Position numbers and translations under genes: made by a program. Below, piece after piece: positions 53,815-58,799 of a stretch of DNA of 58,799 nucleotides. The stretch comes from an uncultured virus (IMG/VR IMGVR_UViG_3300021957_000006) (taxonomy: Duplodnaviria; Heunggongvirae; Uroviricota; Caudoviricetes): the IMG/VR virus record IMGVR_UViG_3300021957_000006. One strand, 5' to 3'. The notes under the pieces are model-generated. The model did not search any database, was not told where the DNA came from, and worked only from the letters and a program-made list of their open reading frames with translations. Within the stretch, counting starts at the first letter, position 1; every line of letters begins with the position of its first letter.

Positions 53815-54082
53815 AAAGGCTACTCCATGCCATTAGCTTAGATTTTTTATTCTCCATAGCAATATGAAGCTCTTCATCTTCAATACCAAATGTATTCTGT
53901 AAAAGTTTAAGAAGAAGCTTAACGTCTCCCATCTCTTGAACTAGACGTTTTCCAGTATCTCCAGGGGTGTACCCAAAGCGCATAGCCTTGGATAGCACCT
54001 GAATCAATTCAGCCATCTCTTCCATGGCAATAACAGCAGTTTCATCTTGCTGCTTACTAAGTACAAAAGTTTCATTTTTCAA
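53807..54082 (-). CDS. MazG-like nucleotide pyrophosphohydrolase
   Basis: MEEMAELIQ.LSK..RFG...L.QEMGDV......K..K. Confidence 0.75.
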   Translation of the reverse strand: MKNETFVLSKQQDETAVIAMEEMAELIQVLSKAMRFGYTPGDTGKRLVQEMGDVKLLLKLLQNTFGIEDEELHIAMENKKSKLMAWSSLYE

Positions 54083-54288
54083 TCTGTATACTCCTTATCT
54101 ACAGCTGAGGCGTCCCACACATACTTGTACATTCTAGGATCGCCGATTACAACAACATCACTATCACCAACTTCACTATAGACACGAGCGTCCATATATT
54201 TGTGATAGTAAGCAGGACCTCCGAATACTCTGCGAGCAGCTTGATAACGCGCATCGCTCATTCCTACATAGTGAACAGTTCTAGTCAT
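54079..54288 (-). CDS. Hypothetical protein
   Basis: VHYVG....Y.AA.RVFG.P...H...D.R motif. Confidence 0.6.
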   Translation of the reverse strand: MTRTVHYVGMSDARYQAARRVFGGPAYYHKYMDARVYSEVGDSDVVVIGDPRMYKYVWDASAVDKEYTD

Positions 54289-54482
54289 TTTAACTTTGGA
54301 TACTCCCGTTTTAAAATAGGATCAATAGCTGCTTTACACTGACTATCATTCCAGTTATATCTCTTCTTCATATCTGCATACAAAGCTTTTTTAGTTTTAG
54401 ATATAGAAGCTACATTACGAATCGTAGCATCAATCTCGATGAAGTTAACAGGTTCAATATTTCTAGTTTTCTTTTTCAACAC
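54285..54482 (-). CDS. Hypothetical protein
   Basis: GGAGG SD, GTG/TTG start. Confidence 0.55.
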   Translation of the reverse strand: MLKKKTRNIEPVNFIEIDATIRNVASISKTKKALYADMKKRYNWNDSQCKAAIDPILKREYPKLK

Positions 54483-54490
54483 CTACCTCC

Positions 54491-54658
54491 TTATGCTACT
54501 AGCTCATTAATCATCTTATTTAACACTTTAATCTGCGCTTTTTCAGATAATGTCATTGCTAAGTAGCGGCTAAATGTTGGTGAAATCTCAACACCATTTT
54601 CATTTAAAAACTCAATCTTTTCTTTTATCAGCTGCAGCTGGGTGCGGTTAAGAGTCAT
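54491..54658 (-). CDS. Hypothetical early protein (start moved to 54658)
   Basis: AAGGAG SD precedes MTLNR. Confidence 0.55.
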   Translation of the reverse strand: MTLNRTQLQLIKEKIEFLNENGVEISPTFSRYLAMTLSEKAQIKVLNKMINELVA

Positions 54659-54699
54659 CGCAGTTATCTCCTTATCTACATTATTTCTTATCATACCTT

Positions 54700-54728
54700 A
54701 TCATATACTCTTTTTGAAGTAAGTGCAA
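54700..54728 (-). promoter_or_regulatory. Early promoter TTGCAC-N17-TATGAT
   Basis: Promoter family member. Confidence 0.75.
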
Positions 54729-54760
54729 CTAAAAAAGGGCTAGTCTCGAAACTTTTTTTC

Positions 54761-54768
54761 TATAAATA
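54761..54768 (+). promoter_or_regulatory. Late promoter TATAAATA
   Basis: Followed by GAGGAG SD and the ATG at 54792. Confidence 0.75.
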
Positions 54769-54791
54769 GCAACAGGAATGAGGAGAATGTA

Positions 54792-55268
54792 ATGATAGAT
54801 CCAGTCACAGCTGTTGGCTTGGCTACTACTGCGTTTAACGGTATAAAGCAAGCTATCGCTATGGGAAAAGATATTCAAGATATGAGCGGGCAGCTCGGTT
54901 CTTGGGCTAAGGCTATATCTGATGTAGACTATGCACATAAAAAAGCAGAGAAACCTAAATGGTGGAAAAAGCTAGGAGGAGGAGTCCAAGCCAACGCCAT
55001 GGAGGTTTGGCTTCAGAAAAAGAAAGCTGATGAGATGAGAGAAGAGCTTAAATCTCATATCAGTACTTTCTATGGTCCATCAGCTTGGAAAGAGATTTTG
55101 CGTATAGAAGCTCAAATGAGAAAAGAGCAGCAAGAGGCTGTCTATGCTGCTCAGGAGATGAAAGAACAAATCGTTCAGTGGTTTTTTGGTATTATAATTG
55201 TATTAGTTGCAGTGGGTATAATGGGCGGTATTGTTTATTGGATAGGACTATCTCAAGGCACTTGGTAG
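54792..55268 (+). CDS. Late membrane-anchored helical protein
   Basis: MIDPVTA...A..AF..IK.....G; C-terminal TM. Confidence 0.7.
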   Translation: MIDPVTAVGLATTAFNGIKQAIAMGKDIQDMSGQLGSWAKAISDVDYAHKKAEKPKWWKKLGGGVQANAMEVWLQKKKADEMREELKSHISTFYGPSAWKEILRIEAQMRKEQQEAVYAAQEMKEQIVQWFFGIIIVLVAVGIMGGIVYWIGLSQGTW

Positions 55269-55505
55269 TTAAAAGTCTCTTGTTAGATTAGTTACAAATG
55301 ATCCTTCAGGTGATTGCCAAGCTGTCATAAGCTCGGCATACATTTCCGGTGTCATCTGTATTAAGTCCCACTTGTTTTTCTTTTCATTAAACTGTCTAAT
55401 ATACACTACTTCATCATACGAGAAGACTTTAACGTCATCGTAACGACCCCTGTCATCTAAGACAGTGATCTCTATTTCATCTAAGTCCATCTCAACTGTA
55501 TACAT
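55269..55505 (-). CDS. Conserved hypothetical protein
   Basis: MYTVEMD.DE..IT.LDD...VYIRQ...SPEG. Confidence 0.65.
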   Translation of the reverse strand: MYTVEMDLDEIEITVLDDRGRYDDVKVFSYDEVVYIRQFNEKKNKWDLIQMTPEMYAELMTAWQSPEGSFVTNLTRDF

Positions 55506-56002
55506 TACTCGTACTTTTTATCATGTTCTTTACCTATACCATAGTCTCCATCATATTTATGTAAAGACTCAGCTTTAAAGCAAAGATATTGACCAATACG
55601 AGTACCAGGTTTAACTTTCATACGGCCACACGTTACGTGCATGACCCCAGCCATAACCCCATGATAGCCAGTATCATAGAGACCTGTAGTAAGGTGAACC
55701 CCATTACGATTAAGAGTACTGCGGGTGATAACGAACCCAGCTTCGCCCATTCCAACTTCAATTTCATTCTCCATAATAACTTCATAAGCACCAGGATACA
55801 GATACCAGTATCCGTCTTCGAATAGTTCTACTTCTTTAGATCCTCTATGAACCTTTTGCGTCTCATCGACAGTAAAGTCATTACCAAGAATCTCTAATAC
55901 CTTACCTAATCGCAAGTCAACAGCGTTAGGTTGAATATCTTTAGGTAATACGTTAGTAAGAGAGCTAGTACTCTTCTCACCCATAATATGTCTCATAGCC
56001 AT
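55505..56002 (-). CDS. Trimeric dUTPase / dCTP deaminase family protein
   Basis: QPNAVDLRL, RSTLNRNG, GLYD.GY.G, GTRIGQ, Y.G.YG. Confidence 0.85.
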   Translation of the reverse strand: MAMRHIMGEKSTSSLTNVLPKDIQPNAVDLRLGKVLEILGNDFTVDETQKVHRGSKEVELFEDGYWYLYPGAYEVIMENEIEVGMGEAGFVITRSTLNRNGVHLTTGLYDTGYHGVMAGVMHVTCGRMKVKPGTRIGQYLCFKAESLHKYDGDYGIGKEHDKKYE

Positions 56003-56044
56003 AGCTTATCTCCTTAAGTATTATTATAGTATATAGAACAAAGT

Positions 56045-56081
56045 AATGCCAGCCGATTTCTCAAAAGGCTGGCATTTTTTT
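56045..56081. terminator. Hairpin/terminator between yhhQ and the dUTPase gene
   Basis: AATGCCAGCC-N12-GGCTGGCATT; T-tract on the plus strand. Confidence 0.55.
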
Positions 56082-56083
56082 AA

Positions 56084-56701
56084 TTAAGCAGCTCCGGTGC
56101 CTACTTCCATTCGCTTACGAAGTTGCTGTAAGAGCAATCCATAAACTGGGAGAAAGACTACAAACGATACTGCGATCTTAAACACAACGTCTACTGATGC
56201 AATCTCTAGCCAATTAGCACGCATGAACTCATCTGGTCCATATGCGAATGCAGCCCAGAAGAACGCATAGGTATCTAAGATGTTAGCAAACACAGTAGAG
56301 ATAGCTGGAGCTACCCACCACATATCTGTTAGCTTCTCACGAATACGTTGAAAGATAGAAACATCTAGCATCAAACCTAATGCATATGCAAGAGCGGAAG
56401 CAAACCCAATCATAGGAGTAGCAATAATACTACTAATAATAATCGCCGGTACAAAGGCAATAGCAATAATCTGACGAGCAACATACTTATTAGTTAGTCG
56501 TACAGTTAAGTCAGTAGCAACAACAATAAGAGGAAACACAAACATGCCCCAAGTAAAGTTAAGATTGAGTACTGGAATAACACCAGCAATCTGCACTGTA
56601 TAGTTTGCTAATGCAATGATTACAAGATGCAATACTACAAGTTTACCGACGAGAGATAAACTCTCGTCTCCGAAGTTAAAGTGACGTTTAATTAGTTCCA
56701 T
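56084..56701 (-). CDS. yhhQ: Queuosine-precursor (preQ0/preQ1) transporter, YhhQ/VUT family
   Basis: I.LANY.VQ, TWG.F.FP.I..ATDLTVR, AS..AY..G..LD..IF..IR, WW.AP..S....N.LDT..FF..AF, D...K. Confidence 0.88.
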   Translation of the reverse strand: MELIKRHFNFGDESLSLVGKLVVLHLVIIALANYTVQIAGVIPVLNLNFTWGMFVFPLIVVATDLTVRLTNKYVARQIIAIAFVPAIIISSIIATPMIGFASALAYALGLMLDVSIFQRIREKLTDMWWVAPAISTVFANILDTYAFFWAAFAYGPDEFMRANWLEIASVDVVFKIAVSFVVFLPVYGLLLQQLRKRMEVGTGAA

Positions 56702-56711
56702 TAGTTTTTCC

Positions 56712-57506
56712 TTAAGCTAAAATTTGTTGAGCATGAGTAAGAGCTTTCTCATACGGTACAGGTCCAGTCTCATCAGCATATGCAACAGGGTCAGGACGAC
56801 CTAGTTTAATAAATGCTTCAAGACGTTCTACAGAAGATGAGCTCTTATAATCAGAATACCAAACACCATTATGCTGCATAGGCTTATACGAAGTATTAGT
56901 ACGTTTATATACTTCATCAAAGTCTAAACCTAAGTCATCACATAGTACTTGACCATCCTTTAAGATATCAAACTTATCTAGTTCTAGGTAAGGAGTGAAA
57001 TAAGTCACCTTATCAGCATCCCAGTTACCTTCACGAAATGCATGATCATCAGCATCACGAAACTCCTGACGACAGTCAGGATATACTGCATGATCGCCAG
57101 CATGAATGCCTAGAGCGATAGCAGTTTCTTCATCTGTATCTTTAACCACGCTAAGAGCTGCTGCTTGTACAATAGAAGCAAAGATCTTATTACGGTTAGG
57201 TACTACAGTTTCTTTCATCGTCTCTTCTTCGTAATGACCTTCTGGCACATCTGCACCTCCGGTTACTAACGTAGAAGATAACAATGATACTAATCCATCT
57301 AACTTAACAGGCTGATACCTGATTATATGCCCATGTATTGCAAGATAGTATACTAGTTCTTTAGCACGCTCTAATTCACAAACGTGCTTTTGTCCATAAT
57401 CAAACGACAAAGCTGTTACATTACTTGCGCCTACTTCTTTAATAGCACGCAATAGTAGAGTAGAGGAGTCCATTCCTCCTGATAATGATACAACGATATT
57501 TTTCAT
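56712..57506 (-). CDS. queC: 7-cyano-7-deazaguanine synthase
   Basis: SLSGGMDS, FDYGQKH..E, T.VPNRN.IF, GIHAGDHAVYPDCR.EF. Confidence 0.92.
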   Translation of the reverse strand: MKNIVVSLSGGMDSSTLLLRAIKEVGASNVTALSFDYGQKHVCELERAKELVYYLAIHGHIIRYQPVKLDGLVSLLSSTLVTGGADVPEGHYEEETMKETVVPNRNKIFASIVQAAALSVVKDTDEETAIALGIHAGDHAVYPDCRQEFRDADDHAFREGNWDADKVTYFTPYLELDKFDILKDGQVLCDDLGLDFDEVYKRTNTSYKPMQHNGVWYSDYKSSSSVERLEAFIKLGRPDPVAYADETGPVPYEKALTHAQQILA

Positions 57507-57519
57507 TTAGTTCTCCAAT

Positions 57520-57565
57520 ATGAAAGCGGTGTGTTGTTTAAAGTGGTTAGCTTTCATGAACCACT
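57520..57565 (-). promoter_or_regulatory. H-type RNA pseudoknot in the queC leader (candidate riboswitch/operator)
   Basis: S1 AGTGGTT/AACCACT, S2 ATGAAAGC/GCTTTCAT, then ATT-GGAG SD. Confidence 0.6.
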
Positions 57566-58523
57566 ACTGCCTCATAGTCTTTGAGGTAAGAGTATAAGCA
57601 TCTGAAATAGAGTTCTTATACAATAGATTAAAGCTTGATGCTCTAATAGGGTTAATGTCAATACCGCCTCTACGTGTATAGAGACAGGAGACAACAAGCT
57701 CTGACGGGCCTAAAAGGTCCCATAGACGTTTGTATACACATTCACAGATCTCTTCGTGAAAATGATTCTCCTTACGCATCGAGACAATATACTGCATTAG
57801 CGACTCTGGAGTAATAGTTTTAGCTCCTTTTACATGAATATAAATATCACCCCAGTCGGGCTGATTAGTAACGCGACAGTTAGAGCGAAGAGAGTTAGAC
57901 ATATAACGAGTTGCTTTACCATCACTTTCTACCACCTGTAAGATATCTGGACTTTCATTATAGTGACTAAAGTCAATATGTTCAACTGCTACATGCTCTT
58001 CTAGCTGTGTCCATGATCCAGCCATAGGCTTAGCATAACCAGCATCTTCATTAATATGTAATACTACATTGAGATCTTGCTCATCCTCACATTTAAGAAC
58101 TTCAAGCATATCTTTCCATACTGTCTCTTCTACATTTGCTCTTGCAACTGTAATAGTAGAGCCCATCTTAGCCATATTAAACGAGTTTAGATATAGTTTA
58201 GCAGACTTCGATTCAACAATATTCTCTGAATGAGATGCATAAGACCAACGCAACCAACCAGAGATAGGAAAGCCATTATCAAGTAAGCAACTAAACTCAT
58301 AAGAGTTCCAAGTATCGATACCATTAAACTCTTCACCAGTTAAGTTATACTGAGTACGATTAAGATGACGAGGAATACCTACTAGTAGACTTTTATCTAC
58401 TTCATCAGGCGTTTCATAACGCATCATAGTTTTACCGTCAGAGGTCTTACCTAAGACCTTGCTAGCAATCTGTTCAATTTCATCCATCTTTAGCTCTTTC
58501 CTCTTCAATAGCTTCCTTAGCAA
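57564..58523 (-). CDS. queF: NADPH-dependent preQ0 reductase QueF, bimodular type (likely start MDEIEQ at 58487)
   Basis: D.W..YE.S.L...G.P, IVESKS.KLYLNSFN, LRSNC.VTNQPDWG, FHE...E, YTRRGGIDINP.R, RQ end. Confidence 0.93.
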   Translation of the reverse strand: MLRKLLKRKELKMDEIEQIASKVLGKTSDGKTMMRYETPDEVDKSLLVGIPRHLNRTQYNLTGEEFNGIDTWNSYEFSCLLDNGFPISGWLRWSYASHSENIVESKSAKLYLNSFNMAKMGSTITVARANVEETVWKDMLEVLKCEDEQDLNVVLHINEDAGYAKPMAGSWTQLEEHVAVEHIDFSHYNESPDILQVVESDGKATRYMSNSLRSNCRVTNQPDWGDIYIHVKGAKTITPESLMQYIVSMRKENHFHEEICECVYKRLWDLLGPSELVVSCLYTRRGGIDINPIRASSFNLLYKNSISDAYTLTSKTMRQ

Positions 58524-58758
58524 ACGTTAAGAACGTTATAGCTTTATTAATATCTAACAACACATCATCTTTCTGACCTAAACGCCAGAGATACTTAAAC
58601 GCTTGATAGCGATTATAATCAGTATACGGATCATTCTGATGCTCTTCACATAGCTGCTTAATAACTTTAATGCACTCTACATGACCCTCTTTCTGACTAT
58701 AATGATTAGGTCTCGGATCATCAGACTCTTCTACCTCACCTTTAAACAGCTTCTTCAA
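58480..58758 (-). CDS. DUF3310-family protein
   Basis: P.HY....VECI..I...AFKYLWR.G.K....DI.KA..FL. Confidence 0.8.
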   Translation of the reverse strand: MKKLFKGEVEESDDPRPNHYSQKEGHVECIKVIKQLCEEHQNDPYTDYNRYQAFKYLWRLGQKDDVLLDINKAITFLTFAKEAIEEERAKDG

Positions 58759-58799
58759 TTATTCTCTCCTTTAGAAACACAGTCCATAAATCTATAGAC

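Noticed and set aside
54729..54938. Minus-strand 69-aa ORF
   Set aside because: Overlaps a late promoter and the better-supported plus-strand gene
543..55825. Many antisense or nested ORFs in the track (e.g. 543-728, 5934-6125, 10735-11103, 22752-23402, 26773-27081, 28942-29322, 34856-35191, 37574-37783, 50944-51231, 51727-52143, 55589-55825)
   Set aside because: They lie opposite or within well-supported genes, lack SDs or motifs, and look like shadow frames
57507..57566. Stop-codon readthrough fusing QueF to QueC via the pseudoknot
   Set aside because: The genes are in frame, but a second in-frame stop (TAA) sits directly before the queC ATG
1..58799. CRISPR array, integrase, transposase, intron or intein
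   Set aside because: No regularly spaced repeats; the recurring AAGTGCAACT motif is a dispersed promoter; nrdJ and the other core genes look uninterrupted
1..58799. Alternative genetic code (stop reassignment)
   Set aside because: Core genes are full length and densely packed under the standard code, and all three stop codons are used

Overview
About 59 kb of a large, AT-rich T4-like myophage genome. It is probably marine and probably infects an alphaproteobacterium, judged from the permuted tmRNA with an ANDNF...AA tag. From left to right the window holds: a baseplate/tail module (gp5 split into three genes, gp27-like, gp53, gp48, gp4, gp2, gp54, gp26/gp51, tape measure); gp32 and gp33; early small-ORF regions driven by about 12 copies of a TTGCAC-N17-TATAAT promoter; tRNA-Arg(UCU) and IscA; a glycosyl/sulfo/methyltransferase cluster; glutaredoxin, PhoH, RNase H, two nucleases and a class II RNR; spanins; a late operon of proteins with T4-type capsid-targeting N-termini (including a KxDG ligase-like protein, a HIGH-type nucleotidyltransferase and a PD-(D/E)xK-like nuclease); an opposite-strand island of 2OG-oxygenase, radical SAM, GNAT-like and methyltransferase genes; a six-gene operon of exported proteins with pilin/chaperone-like members; a porin; a two-piece tmRNA; a Na/Pi transporter; an SleB hydrolase; and a queF-queC-yhhQ 7-deazaguanine cluster with a perfect H-type pseudoknot in front of queC. 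The strongest leads are the putative virion-packaged enzyme set, a probable -1 frameshift fusing gp26 to gp51 just before the tape measure gene, the phage-borne permuted tmRNA, the pilus-like export operon and the queC pseudoknot. All calls come from reading motifs and synteny by eye; no searches were run.
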